DNA from: Fidelibacterota bacterium
Lineage (GTDB): Bacteria > Fidelibacterota > Fidelibacteria > Fidelibacterales > DSDE01
Direction: 5' to 3'
DNA: 64,000 bases
Assembly (NCBI GenBank): GCA_046735395.1
Contig: JBJKQR010000072.1
Span: 1-64,000 of the forward strand
The notes beneath the pieces are model-generated. The model searched no databases. It was not told the DNA's origin and saw only the letters and a program-made list of their open reading frames with translations. Position 1 is the first letter of the stretch. Each line of letters opens with the position of its first letter. Shown one piece after another: positions 21,732-33,000 of this stretch. A program made the translations under genes and the position numbers.

Positions 21732-24530
21732 ATGGACTTGAAATATTCGAAATTACGGTCAAAATTGAACCGGCTTATCCCGTCGGACAGGCTATTTACG
21801 GATGATCTGGACCGGCTCGTAAAGGGAAGTGACGCCGGTATTTACCGGCTGATTCCCGCACTGGTGGCCAGGGTGGAAAGCCTGGATGAACTTCAGCTGT
21901 GTATCGACAGCTGTCGTGAACTGAGGATTCCGCTCACCTTCAAGGCCGCCGGGACATCCCTGTCCGGCCAGACTGTAACGGACAGCCTGCTGGTGGAATT
22001 GGGCCGAAACTGGGACGGCTGGAAAATATCTGATGAAGGCCGGCATATCCGGCTTCAGCCCGGGATGGTGGGGGATGCGGTGAATACGGTGCTCAAACCC
22101 TACGGGCGCAAATTTCCTCCGGCCCCGGCCAGTATCGCTGCCGCAAAGGTTGGCGGGATCGTCGCCAATAACGCCAGCGGAAATTCCTATGGAATCGATT
22201 ATAACAGTTACCATCGTACACGCGGGATGAAAATACATTTTTCTGACGGATCCGTGCTGGATACGCGTGATGAGGAAAGCCGCGCCGCGTACAGGAGTTC
22301 CCATGCCGATGTATTGGAGAAAATCACCGTTATCCGGAAACAGATCATGGCATCGCCGGAGATCCGTGACCGGATTGTGCGTAAATACAGCCTGAAGAAT
22401 ACCACCGGCTACGGTATGAACAGTTTTGTGGATTTTGAAGATCCCATTGATATTATCGATCATCTCATGATCGGGTCGGAAGGAACGCTGGGATTTATTT
22501 CCGAAGTGGATTATGAAACGGTTCCGGATGCCGCGCTCCACGCCGCTGCGCTCGTGTTCTTTCCCGATCTCATGACGGCCGGAAAGGCGGTTCCCACTCT
22601 GAAGACCCTTCCGGTTCTGGCTGCGGAACTTATGGACCGGCCGGCCCTGAAGACGGTGGAGGATGTAGCGGGGATGCCGGATGTACTCAGGGCGCTGCCG
22701 GAAAATGCAACGGCGATTCTGATTGATACGGCGGCTGACAGTGAAGATGCGCTTCAGGCCCAGATGAGTGAAATCGAAAAAGCGCTTCAGTCCATGCCGC
22801 TGCTGTATCCTGCCGAATTCACCCGGGATCCTTTTCAATACGATACGATGTGGAAAGTGCGGAAGGGACTCTTCACGTCGGCGTCGGCGTCACGCCGTCC
22901 GGGAACAGCGGTCGTCATAGAGGATGTGGTCTTTCCGGTGGACAGACAGGGCGAAGCGCTGCGTGATATGCAGGAACTCTTTACCCGTTTCGGCTATGAT
23001 GATTCCATACTCTGGGGCCACGCGATGGACGGGAATTTTCACTTCGTGATCATGCAGGATTTTTCCGATGCGAAGGCACTGGAAACCTATCGTGCCTTCA
23101 TTTCGGAACTGATTGATGTCGTGGTGGGCCGCTATGACGGCTCCCTGAAGGGTGAACATGGTACCGGGCGGAATATGGCGCCCTTTGTGGAGCGGGAATG
23201 GGGTTCGGATATCTACACCCTCATGAAGGACGTGAAGGCGATCCTTGATCCGCTGAATATTTTCAATCCGGGTGTCCTCATCAACGAGGATCCTGATGTA
23301 TATATGAAGAATTTCAAACGCATTCCTACCGTGAATCCGCTCATTGATGCCTGTATCGAATGCGGTTTCTGTGAACGGAACTGCCCTTCAAAGGATCTGA
23401 CCTTCACACCGCGGCAGCGGATCATCGCCTACCGGGATATTGCCATGAGCAGGCATTTCGATATGGACCGCGCTCAGCATTTCAATTACAAGGGCGATGA
23501 AACCTGCGCCACAGACGGGCTCTGCTCATTGAGCTGTCCTGTGGGTATCAATACAGGCCTGCTGGTCAAGGAACTGCGTTTTAAGAATCAGAAAGCGGAT
23601 TCGGCGAAACTGGCCTCTTCCATAGCCGAAAATATGGACCGGATCACGGCCTGGGGACGGACCGGACTGAATGCGGTTCATCTGATTCATTCGCTGCTGG
23701 GATCCCATATCATGGGGTGGATCGCGGGTGGACTGCACCGGATCAGCGGAAAGCGAATTCCCCTGTGGAATCCCTTCATGCCCCGGGGAGCGCGACAAAT
23801 TCCCCCTGTGGGCCCTGTTCCGGCAGACGGAAAACAGATTGTGTATTTTCCCACCTGTATCAACCGGACCATGGGAGAAGCGGCGGGAAAGCAGCATGAT
23901 CGCGGCCTGATGGACAGCATGGTGAGTCTCATGAAAAAGGGCGGATTTGAGGTCGTATATCCTGAAAATATCAATTCACTGTGCTGCGGCATGGCCTTCG
24001 CCAGCAAGGGTTTCCGGGCGCAGGCGGCCCGGAAGGAAAAGGAACTGAACGCGGCGCTGATGAAAGTCAGCGATAACGGGCGTATCCCGGTGGTAACGGA
24101 TATGAGCCCCTGCCTGCTCCATATGCGTGAGACGCTGGATCCGAAACTGAAGCTGGTCGAGCCTGTGGAATTCATTCACGATTTTCTGCTGCCGGATCTG
24201 AAATTCCGCAGAAAGGACAGCAGCATAACCATCCACTCCACCTGCAGTACGGTGAAGATGGGGCTGGATAAAAAATTCAGAGCCGTGGCCGAAACGCTGG
24301 CCAGCGAAGTGATCGTACCGGAAAAGACGAACTGCTGCGGCTGGGCCGGAGACCGGGGCTTCAGCCATCCGGAATTGAATGCGGCCGCATTGAAAGACCT
24401 CAAACCTGAACTGGACGGACGGGCAGAAGCCGGCTATTCGAACAGCCGTACCTGTGAAATCGGGCTGTCCCTGCATTCGGGGATTAAATATGAATCCATC
24501 GTGTTTCTTGCTGATGAAATGAGTGACTGA
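21732..24530 (+). CDS. FAD- and Fe-S-containing D-lactate dehydrogenase-like protein
   Basis: AAGTSLSGQ, GSEGTLG, LKGEHGTGRN, CIECGFCE..C, CCG domains. Confidence 0.88.
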   Translation: MDLKYSKLRSKLNRLIPSDRLFTDDLDRLVKGSDAGIYRLIPALVARVESLDELQLCIDSCRELRIPLTFKAAGTSLSGQTVTDSLLVELGRNWDGWKISDEGRHIRLQPGMVGDAVNTVLKPYGRKFPPAPASIAAAKVGGIVANNASGNSYGIDYNSYHRTRGMKIHFSDGSVLDTRDEESRAAYRSSHADVLEKITVIRKQIMASPEIRDRIVRKYSLKNTTGYGMNSFVDFEDPIDIIDHLMIGSEGTLGFISEVDYETVPDAALHAAALVFFPDLMTAGKAVPTLKTLPVLAAELMDRPALKTVEDVAGMPDVLRALPENATAILIDTAADSEDALQAQMSEIEKALQSMPLLYPAEFTRDPFQYDTMWKVRKGLFTSASASRRPGTAVVIEDVVFPVDRQGEALRDMQELFTRFGYDDSILWGHAMDGNFHFVIMQDFSDAKALETYRAFISELIDVVVGRYDGSLKGEHGTGRNMAPFVEREWGSDIYTLMKDVKAILDPLNIFNPGVLINEDPDVYMKNFKRIPTVNPLIDACIECGFCERNCPSKDLTFTPRQRIIAYRDIAMSRHFDMDRAQHFNYKGDETCATDGLCSLSCPVGINTGLLVKELRFKNQKADSAKLASSIAENMDRITAWGRTGLNAVHLIHSLLGSHIMGWIAGGLHRISGKRIPLWNPFMPRGARQIPPVGPVPADGKQIVYFPTCINRTMGEAAGKQHDRGLMDSMVSLMKKGGFEVVYPENINSLCCGMAFASKGFRAQAARKEKELNAALMKVSDNGRIPVVTDMSPCLLHMRETLDPKLKLVEPVEFIHDFLLPDLKFRRKDSSITIHSTCSTVKMGLDKKFRAVAETLASEVIVPEKTNCCGWAGDRGFSHPELNAAALKDLKPELDGRAEAGYSNSRTCEIGLSLHSGIKYESIVFLADEMSD

Positions 24531-24560
24531 ACCGGAATTTAGGAAAGAAAGGAATAATCA

Positions 24561-25508
24561 ATGAAATATCATCGTTTAGGCATATCCGGACTGAAGGTGA
24601 GCGAATTGTCCCTGGGAGGCTGGACCACCTTCGGCCACAGTATACAGGATGAAGCGCTGGCAAAGAACATCATTCTCAAAGCCTATGAAAGCGGCGTGAA
24701 TTTTTTTGATATCGCCGACGTCTACGCCCGCGGCGCATCGGAACTGCTCATGGGAAAAACGCTGAGAGAACTTCCCCGGCATACGCTGGTGATCTCTTCC
24801 AAAGTATTCTGGCCCATGAGTGACGATCCCAATGATAAAGGTCTGTCCCGCAAACATATCATGGAATCGGTGGAAAAATCCCTGAAACGGATCGGGACGG
24901 ACTATCTCGATATCTATTTCTGTCATCGCTATGATCCGGAAACACCGGTGGAAGAAGTGGTGAGAGCCATGGATGACCTGGTACATCAGGGAAAAATTCT
25001 CTACTGGGGGACGAGTATGTGGTCGGGCGAACAGATCGAAACCGCTCGTACGATCGCCGATTCCCGCAACCTGCATGCACCGGCTGTGGAACAGCCCGAA
25101 TACAATCTGCTGAGCCGGCAGCGGGTGGAATCGGAAATTCTCCCCGTCTGTGAGAAATACGGGATGGGGCTGACCACCTTTTCACCGCTGGCCATGGGAA
25201 TGCTGACGGGAAAATATGATGACGGTCTTCCGAATGACAGCCGTTTCGCGCGCGAGGCCTGGCTGAAGGAACGCTGGTACCGGGATGATGTGATCGGCCT
25301 CGTACGGAATTTCGGAAAAATTGCCGATGAACTGCAGGTGAAACGCAGTCAGCTGGCTCTGGCCTGGCTGCTGGGCCGGCAGACGCTCTCCTCCGTCATT
25401 ACCGGGGCGACGTCCGTGGATCAGCTCGTGGAAAATCTGGCTGCGGCTGAGATTGAGATTCCCGATGAGGTGACCATGAAAATCAATACTCTTTTCGGTG
25501 AGGGATAG
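24561..25508 (+). CDS. Aldo/keto reductase (Kv-beta-like)
   Basis: FFDIADVY, GLSRKHI, SPLAMGMLTGKY. Confidence 0.9.
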   Translation: MKYHRLGISGLKVSELSLGGWTTFGHSIQDEALAKNIILKAYESGVNFFDIADVYARGASELLMGKTLRELPRHTLVISSKVFWPMSDDPNDKGLSRKHIMESVEKSLKRIGTDYLDIYFCHRYDPETPVEEVVRAMDDLVHQGKILYWGTSMWSGEQIETARTIADSRNLHAPAVEQPEYNLLSRQRVESEILPVCEKYGMGLTTFSPLAMGMLTGKYDDGLPNDSRFAREAWLKERWYRDDVIGLVRNFGKIADELQVKRSQLALAWLLGRQTLSSVITGATSVDQLVENLAAAEIEIPDEVTMKINTLFGEG

Positions 25509-25511
25509 GCG

Positions 25512-26027
25512 ATGCTTGAATCCATTGTCCGACGCCGATCCGTACGAAAATTTGAGAAACGGCCCATCGAAGAGGAAAAGCTCCGGGTTCTCAAGGATGC
25601 CATCCTGCGCAGCCCCACTTCCAAGAATAAAAAGCCCTGGGAATTTTATTTTGTTCACGATCCGGCGCTTCTGAAGGCGCTGTCGAAAAGCAAGCGTCAT
25701 GCGGCCCATGTCGCGGATGCTCCCGTTGCCGTGGTGATTGCAGCGGAAGGGGGACGGAGTGATGTGTGGGTTGAGGACTGCAGTATTGCCGCGGCGATTC
25801 TGCAGGTTTCTGCCGTGTCGCTGGGTCTGGGAAGCTGCTGGATACAGATCCGCAGGCGCTTTTATTCAGATGAACAGGGTGCTGAGGAATATGTGCGGCA
25901 GACGCTGAAGCTTCCCGCCGATCAGGAAGTCCTGGCCATCATTGCCCTGGGGTATCCCAAAGGGGAGGTGGCGAAGCCCTATGACAGCGACGCGCTCCGC
26001 TGGGACAAAATTCACGATATTCTCTGA
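25512..26027 (+). CDS. Nitroreductase family protein
   Basis: RRSVRKF, SPTSKN, GLGSCW, ALGYP. Confidence 0.9.
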   Translation: MLESIVRRRSVRKFEKRPIEEEKLRVLKDAILRSPTSKNKKPWEFYFVHDPALLKALSKSKRHAAHVADAPVAVVIAAEGGRSDVWVEDCSIAAAILQVSAVSLGLGSCWIQIRRRFYSDEQGAEEYVRQTLKLPADQEVLAIIALGYPKGEVAKPYDSDALRWDKIHDIL

Positions 26028-26047
26028 TTCGTCGAAATATATTCGGA

Positions 26048-28372
26048 TTACATTAATATTTTCCAGCGCCGCATGAGACCCTGAGCGTCCCGGGCTTTCT
26101 GGTAACGGGGGTGTGCATCCTGCCATACCTGCAGGGCAATGCTCAGATGATTGATGGCATCCTGACGTTCTCCCTGGGCCCAGCGAACCTGTGCGAGTTC
26201 ATAGTGCATTTCCGGCTGTGCCGGAATCAGGACCAGCATTTCATTGAGAGCGGCGGCCGCATCCTCATAATTTCCGGCCAGCCTGAGACAGCGCGCTTTG
26301 GGAATGATGCACTGCAGCCGGCTTTCGGGCAGAAGCTGCATCGCTTCATCATAGTCTTTCACTGCATCATTGTAGTGGCCGTCCATTTCTGCCAGTACCG
26401 CCTTCGCCCTGAGTATTTCAACGTCTGCACGATTTCCCAGCAGATTTCGGATAGCGGAGGTATCCACACAGACAATACACAGTTCAATATCATTTTTATT
26501 CTTCTGATACATCGCTCTGTCCAGATTGCCCAGTAAATATATTTCATTGAAGGGCGGCGCAAGTTTCCGGATTTCCTCGATGATATCATCGGCAACGCTG
26601 TTTTCACCCATGTCCAGAAACATGTCGATGTCGTTGATTTTGTTGACGAGGATATTGACGGGGGAATTAATGGATCGGGAAAGATTGTCAGCAAGGATGC
26701 GGTAGCGGAGAGCATTGATGAAATCCGCCCTGAAATAATATTTGTCGGAGAGCAGGGTGAGACAGGCCAGACTGTCGGCGGCAGAGCGGCTGAAATTCAG
26801 AGCCTTGGCAATGAGGGCTTCTGCCTGATTGAAATCAGCATGATTGATTGACATTTCAGCGAGGCCGGTCAGGGCGCCGGGGTTATTATCATCCATAATG
26901 AGAATCTTATCGTAGATATCCTTAGCCGCCTGAAAATTTCCCGTATCCTTCTCCAGATCGGCCAGAGCCAGATAACCGCGAATCTGATCCGGATGCCTGC
27001 GGATATAATCGTTATAATATTTACGGCTCATGTCAAAGTCCCGGATCTGGCTGTACAGAGCGCCCAGATTCAGAATCAATTCATCGGCCTGCGGTTCGAT
27101 CGTGAGGATTTTTTCATATTCCTGAATCGCGAGGGCATAGCGGCCCTGGTTCATGTAGTGATTCCGCGCCAGCCGGTACAGGGGGCGTACATCTTCCGGG
27201 AAAAGCTTGCTCCACATGTCCAGAAGTGCGACAGCCTTATCAAGTTCATTCCGATAGATATAGTAGTAGTAGCGGACAAAATATCGGTCCTGTTCGGGCA
27301 GTTTGTAGAGTTTCTCCATAAGCGGACCCAGAACTTCATTTGCCTCCCGTTTCTGGTTCGTATTCGAGTAGAGTATTAAAAGTTCAAAATAGACGTAGGA
27401 AAAACTGTTATCCAGTGCTGCAGCTTCCTTGTAATACCTGAGAGCCGCGGCATGATCGTTATGGGTCATGAGCTCATCCCGGCCGGTGAAAAATGCCGCC
27501 AGGGCCGGGTCGTTATGACTGAGAAGCTCCCGGGTCGGTATGATTTCCGTGGTTTCGGATGCGTTACCGGTATCGGTATTTCGTCCGATGGCGGAACTCA
27601 GGCTGTCAATCAGGGTGGTCAGGCTGCTGCTGCGGGTCTGATAGCGTTTCAGAAGCTTGTAGGTCACCGCTTCGTAAACCTCAATTCCGGCGGTATAGAG
27701 GCCTGCCGAGTCGATGTATGTGCCGGTGACGAAATACTGAAAATTATCATTCTGAGTCAGATTGCGGATCAGGGATTGGGGCAGGACACTGCGGGGGTCA
27801 TTCTGAGTATCCTGTATTTCCTGCTGGTACTGATACTGAGTACGGATGGAATTATACATATTCTGGCCCAGGGTATAGCTGAGCATCTGCGGGATGCCGA
27901 AATGGAGCCAGTCCGCATCTTTCCGATCCGATCTGCCCTGAAAATTCCAGAGGGTGATGCGGTTCCGGACGGCAGGAGCGGGTGTCTCCTCCGTAGTGCT
28001 TACTGCGGAGGTCCGGGTTGGCTGTGAGGCGGTGCCTGCGTCCAGATCATGGCCCGGCAGGATCCAGATGACCAGGAAGACGGTTAGAATGAGATTGATG
28101 GGAATGGCGATTTTTTCCACCTTGTGCCACTTGTCCGGTCCGGGCCGCCCGTGAAACCAGGCAATGAGCAGAATGGACGGCAGGAGTGAGGCAATGATGG
28201 TAAAGGAAATATTAATCAGTTCCGGGTCGTAATGAAAACGGTCCACGAGCAGGCTGCCTGTGAACTCAAGTACGCCCCAGCCTGCGCCCAGATAGACACC
28301 GAGGAACTGAAATACCCGCCGTTCCCATAATTCTCTGAAAAAGCTCGTCGGCTTTTTATTCTGCTGAATCAT
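26048..28372 (-). CDS. Membrane-anchored TPR protein with TolB/FlgO-like domain
   Basis: N-terminal ELWERRVFQ + 3 TM segments, multiple TPR helices. Confidence 0.7.
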   Translation of the reverse strand: MIQQNKKPTSFFRELWERRVFQFLGVYLGAGWGVLEFTGSLLVDRFHYDPELINISFTIIASLLPSILLIAWFHGRPGPDKWHKVEKIAIPINLILTVFLVIWILPGHDLDAGTASQPTRTSAVSTTEETPAPAVRNRITLWNFQGRSDRKDADWLHFGIPQMLSYTLGQNMYNSIRTQYQYQQEIQDTQNDPRSVLPQSLIRNLTQNDNFQYFVTGTYIDSAGLYTAGIEVYEAVTYKLLKRYQTRSSSLTTLIDSLSSAIGRNTDTGNASETTEIIPTRELLSHNDPALAAFFTGRDELMTHNDHAAALRYYKEAAALDNSFSYVYFELLILYSNTNQKREANEVLGPLMEKLYKLPEQDRYFVRYYYYIYRNELDKAVALLDMWSKLFPEDVRPLYRLARNHYMNQGRYALAIQEYEKILTIEPQADELILNLGALYSQIRDFDMSRKYYNDYIRRHPDQIRGYLALADLEKDTGNFQAAKDIYDKILIMDDNNPGALTGLAEMSINHADFNQAEALIAKALNFSRSAADSLACLTLLSDKYYFRADFINALRYRILADNLSRSINSPVNILVNKINDIDMFLDMGENSVADDIIEEIRKLAPPFNEIYLLGNLDRAMYQKNKNDIELCIVCVDTSAIRNLLGNRADVEILRAKAVLAEMDGHYNDAVKDYDEAMQLLPESRLQCIIPKARCLRLAGNYEDAAAALNEMLVLIPAQPEMHYELAQVRWAQGERQDAINHLSIALQVWQDAHPRYQKARDAQGLMRRWKILM

Positions 28373-28560
28373 GGGGGTAAAGTATTAAGGCTGAACACCT
28401 TTTACAATTTATTTTCAAGGATTATCCGTTTCTCACCGGTAAATGGCGGATAAGTCCGGGCTACAGGGCGTTTTCCGGATTCCAACCGGGTATCCAATTT
28501 CAGGTAATAGTGTGCTTGATGCTTTGTTTTCCATGTGAAAAATGGTAATTTTCATCGATT

Positions 28561-29103
28561 ATGGAACAGATGGAAACAGATACAGCATTATACGGAGAAA
28601 GCCTGCCACGATGGTATCCGCTTCGGGTCCGGGGACGGCGGGAGCGAAGCGTGGCGAAAATGCTGACGGATATGGGCATTACATATTATCTTCCCTTTCT
28701 GAGGGAACGGCATCGCTGGAGCGACAGATGGAAGGTCGTGGAAAAAATCCTCTTTCCCGGTTATCTGTTTGTTCATATTCCGAAAAACAGGAAGTATGAT
28801 ATTCTGGATGTGGTCGGCGCCCAATCCTTTATTTATTTCAACAATGATATGGCCTGTATTCCTGAGGAGCAGATCGAGGGAATCCGTCTCATGCTGGAAA
28901 AGCCCGAATCTCTGCAGGTCCATGACAGAATGCATCTGATCGGGAAAAAGGCACGGATTGTGAAGGGGCCCATCGCCGGACTGTCCGGAACCATCGCTCA
29001 GGTAAAGAACAATACGCTGGTTTTTATGGAAATTGAGCATTTCGGGAAAGTGCTGTCTGTTGAAATCGACGAAAATGATATCATTGAATATGAAGATCAG
29101 TAG
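28561..29103 (+). CDS. NusG-paralog transcription antiterminator, UpxY family
   Basis: WYPLRV..RRE NGN start, RWSDRWK..LFPGYLFV, KOW KGPIAGL. Confidence 0.88.
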   Translation: MEQMETDTALYGESLPRWYPLRVRGRRERSVAKMLTDMGITYYLPFLRERHRWSDRWKVVEKILFPGYLFVHIPKNRKYDILDVVGAQSFIYFNNDMACIPEEQIEGIRLMLEKPESLQVHDRMHLIGKKARIVKGPIAGLSGTIAQVKNNTLVFMEIEHFGKVLSVEIDENDIIEYEDQ

Positions 29104-30069
29104 ATGACAGAACGACTACTCCTGACAGGTGCCGCCGGTTTTATCGGCAGTCATGTGGCCCGGACGCTTGCCGGCCGGGATGGGGAGATTCTCGGAGTTG
29201 ATAATCTGAATGAGTATTACGATGTCAGTCTGAAGAAGAAAGGCCGGCTGGCAACTTTGCAGGATCAGCCAAATTTCAGATTTGTAAAAGCGGACATCAG
29301 TGATTCCAAATCGATGGAAACGGTTTTCAATGATTTTCGCCCCACACACATCATCCATCTGGCAGCTCAGGCGGGAGTGAGGTATTCTACAGAAAATCCC
29401 TTCAGCTATGAAGCATCGAACGGACTCGGTTTCCTGACGATGATTGAAGCTGCGCGGCGTCATAATGTGCAGCATTTTCTGTACGCCTCCAGCTCCTCCG
29501 TGTACGGCAACAGCCCGGATGTTCCCTATCGTGAAGATAATGCGCCCGAACACCCGGTGAGCTTTTATGCCGCCACCAAACGCTATAACGAACATACGGC
29601 AGCGGTCTATACGCATCAGTACGGACTGAAATGCACGGGCCTGCGCTTTTTTACGGTTTACGGGCCCTGGGGCCGCCCGGATATGGCCTATTTCAGCTTT
29701 ACGCAGAAAATCATGGGCGGAAAGCCGATTACGGTCTTTGATAAGGGACAGCTGCAGCGGGATTATACCTATATTGATGACATTGTATCCGGGATACTGG
29801 CTGCTCATGACAGAGCTTCGGACGGACATGAGATCTACAATCTGGGGAATCACCGGGTCTATACGATTTTGGAAATGCTGACTATTCTTGAGGAAGCTCT
29901 GGGGCGGAAGGCGGAGATTCGCTGGGCGCCCATGCAGGCAGGTGACGTCTACAAAACCTTTGCGGATATCACAAAGAGCCGCAGGGATCTGGCGTATGAC
30001 CCCAAAACACATCTGAAGGAAGGATTGGACCAATTCATCGCGTGGTACAGAAACACTTATTCAAGCTGA
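29104..30069 (+). CDS. NAD-dependent epimerase (UDP-glucuronate 4-epimerase-like)
   Basis: TGAAGFIG, HLAAQAGVRYS, YAATK, FFTVYGPWGRPDMA. Confidence 0.9.
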   Translation: MTERLLLTGAAGFIGSHVARTLAGRDGEILGVDNLNEYYDVSLKKKGRLATLQDQPNFRFVKADISDSKSMETVFNDFRPTHIIHLAAQAGVRYSTENPFSYEASNGLGFLTMIEAARRHNVQHFLYASSSSVYGNSPDVPYREDNAPEHPVSFYAATKRYNEHTAAVYTHQYGLKCTGLRFFTVYGPWGRPDMAYFSFTQKIMGGKPITVFDKGQLQRDYTYIDDIVSGILAAHDRASDGHEIYNLGNHRVYTILEMLTILEEALGRKAEIRWAPMQAGDVYKTFADITKSRRDLAYDPKTHLKEGLDQFIAWYRNTYSS

Positions 30070-33000
30070 AAACGATTGCTGCAGTACTGGCAGTGGCTGC
30101 CGGCGTGACGGCTGCTCCGCAGGGAGAATACATCCGCGTATCCGAATCGGAAAACGGAGTGCTCACTGCGGATCTGGATTTCGGGACGTTCTCTAAAACA
30201 TATCGTCAGGAAACAGCCGATATAGTAACTGTGTACAAAGCAAAAAATTCGACGGTAACTTCGTATTATGATAAACTGAGTGTGGAAGGACTGAGTTTTG
30301 CGGTGGTGGTGCAGGACGATGCTCTGCCGCCCGTGACCTGTACCTATTCGTCTGAAGTAAGGTCTCCAGATTTTAGCGGTGTGAAGCTGCCGGGGGATTA
30401 TCAAAACCTGACTGTTTCCGAACTGAGAAATTATCAGGGCATCAAATACCGGATCGTATCTGTTTTTCCATTTTACAGAAATGGCCAGGCTTTTGCTTCC
30501 GCGCAGGTGCGTGTTCAGCTGCAGCGGCCGGGCGCCGGAATTCCTGTTTCGGGCCCACAGAAAAGGATTCTGAACCGGCTGGTTGTCAATGCGGAGGATG
30601 CGCGCAGAGCTCCGTCAGCGATTTTGCGCAAGGCGGCGGCACCCTTTACAGAAAAGGGCCGATGGATTGGCATCACGGTCGCGGAGGAGGGTATTTACCG
30701 CATCCGGGCTTCCGACCTGAGTAATGCCGGGATTGATCCTGGAACGCTGATAAAAGATAAAATCCGCTTATTTTCAGATTCACGATTCGGGCTGCCCTAT
30801 ACGGCGGATTTGCCCGATCCTGATTCCCTGTTTACCGAGATTCCCCTTCTTTTCATTGATGGTTCGGGCGATGTCTGGGATACGGAAGATATGGCCGCTT
30901 TTTATGCACCGGGCCCCGGACAGTGGCTGGTTTCGGACGTGACCCAGCCTCAGGAACTTCAGTACAGAATCAATCCTTTTGATACAGTGCAGCGTCTCTG
31001 GCTTTTCATTCCCGATGATATGAGCTCAGCTATCGATGGAAAACGGATACGCTTTGCCGATATTACAGGTGCTTCACATGGTGAACAAAGGGATTGGAGC
31101 TGGGATTGCCTGCATCATGAAAAAGAGGAGCAGAATCCTCAGCAGGGCGGAACGGACTGGTACGGTGAGAGCTTCAGCGGCCGATCCTGGCAGGAATCCA
31201 TTGAGCTGGATCTGCCCACGGCTCCCGCTTCCGGATCAAAGGATGCCATGATCCGTCTTGCCGCTGCCGGGGGATCCACGTCTGGTAATTCATCCCACAG
31301 CCACTCTTTCAGCTTTTCACTGAACGGATTGAAGCTGCAGACCTCTCTCACCATGTCAGATTACAGAGCACAACGAAAGGATCTGACCATCCTGTCCTCA
31401 CTTCTGAACCGGAACAATACACTTTCAGTCTCCTATACGGGGAATACGGATCTGAATGTTGCCTATATGGATTATGTGGATATCATCTATCCCTCAGATC
31501 TGCAGACAACAACAGATGTGCTGACACCCCGCTTTATGGGCATAAGCGCTCCCTTTTCCTTCCAGGCCGGAGGATTCGGCACGTATCCAGCCTATGTTTT
31601 TGATGTTACCCGGTCAACGGATCCGGTCTGTTCCGTAGTGGCTGATGCCGGAGCCTGGATCAATGATGATGGCACTCGTGTATCAAGCCGCTACTACATT
31701 GCGACGGAATCGGCGTTCAGAAGTCCTGCTTCCTTCACTCTGAGCAGTACATTCAATCCAGACCGCAGCGCCTGGCTCAGCGGGAATTATGACATGGTCA
31801 TTATCAGTCATACCAACTTTATCGATGAAGCTGAGCGTCTGGCTGAGCATAAGGCTGTCCGGGCCGTGGATCCGCTGAAGGTGCTGGTTGCAGACATGAG
31901 TGATGTCTATAACCGCTACAGCGGCGGACAGACAGATCCCCGGGCCATCCGCAATTTTCTTCTGGATCTGAAGCTGCACAACGGAACCGTTCCGCTGCGC
32001 TATGTCCTGCTGTTCGGAGACGGATCCTATGATTATCGGAATATCAGCGGTAAAGCGCAAAATTACATTCCCCAGTTCGAAATTTCGGCCTGGGATATCA
32101 ATGATACGCGTAATTCGGAAGATCCCTTTGTCTATCTGAGCAGTAATACAACCAACACGGTGGATTATCCGCTGGGCCGGCTGCCCGTCAATTCAGCGAA
32201 GGAGGCTGCCGACGTCGTAGACAAGATCATCAGTTATGAAACGCGGACTCAGCAGGGAGACTGGCAGGCACGGGTGACTCTGGTTGCGGATGATCCTACG
32301 GATCCGGACGTGAATAACACGGATTTTATTTTGGATACTGAAAATAAAATCGCGCCGCTTTTTCCGCAGGGCGTAATCCGGAATAAACTGTATCTGACGG
32401 AATTCCCGGAGCTCTATGATCCGACCATCCGGGCCATGGGTCGGGTCGGTGCCAGAGATGCCATTATTTCAGCATTCAATAATGGATCTGCCATTGTCAA
32501 CTTTATCGGCCACGGATCGCCGACCGTCTGGGCCCAGGAATATGTATTTGTCAAGGACCGGGATCTTCCCTTGCTCAAGAATACGGGAAAATACCCGCTG
32601 GTTGTGGCAGCCACCTGCGATTGGGGGCGTTCCGACTATACCAGCTCCCAGAGTGCAGCGGAAGATATTGTCACACTGGAGGACGGCGGTGCCATCGCTG
32701 CCATTGCGGCCACCCGGCCTGTCTACAATTCGGATAATGTGGCGCTCGTCAGGAAATTCTATGGAACTGTTTTTACGGATTCAGCGTCACCGACAAACCC
32801 GGTCTCAATCGGGGAAGGCCTCATGATTGCCAAACAATTACTTGCCTCAAATGCGACGACCGGAAACTCCATAATCAATGCATCCAAGTTTTTGCTGATT
32901 GGTGATCCCTCCCTGTATCTCACCATACCGGGGCAGAGCGGAGAGTTTACGTCAATCAGTGATGATACACTGAAGGCACTTGAATTGGTACATGTGGAGG

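Noticed and set aside
28419..28457. Hairpin TTATCCG/CGGATAA upstream of upxY as an ops element
   Set aside because: Short stem and poor ops match; cannot be told apart from chance.
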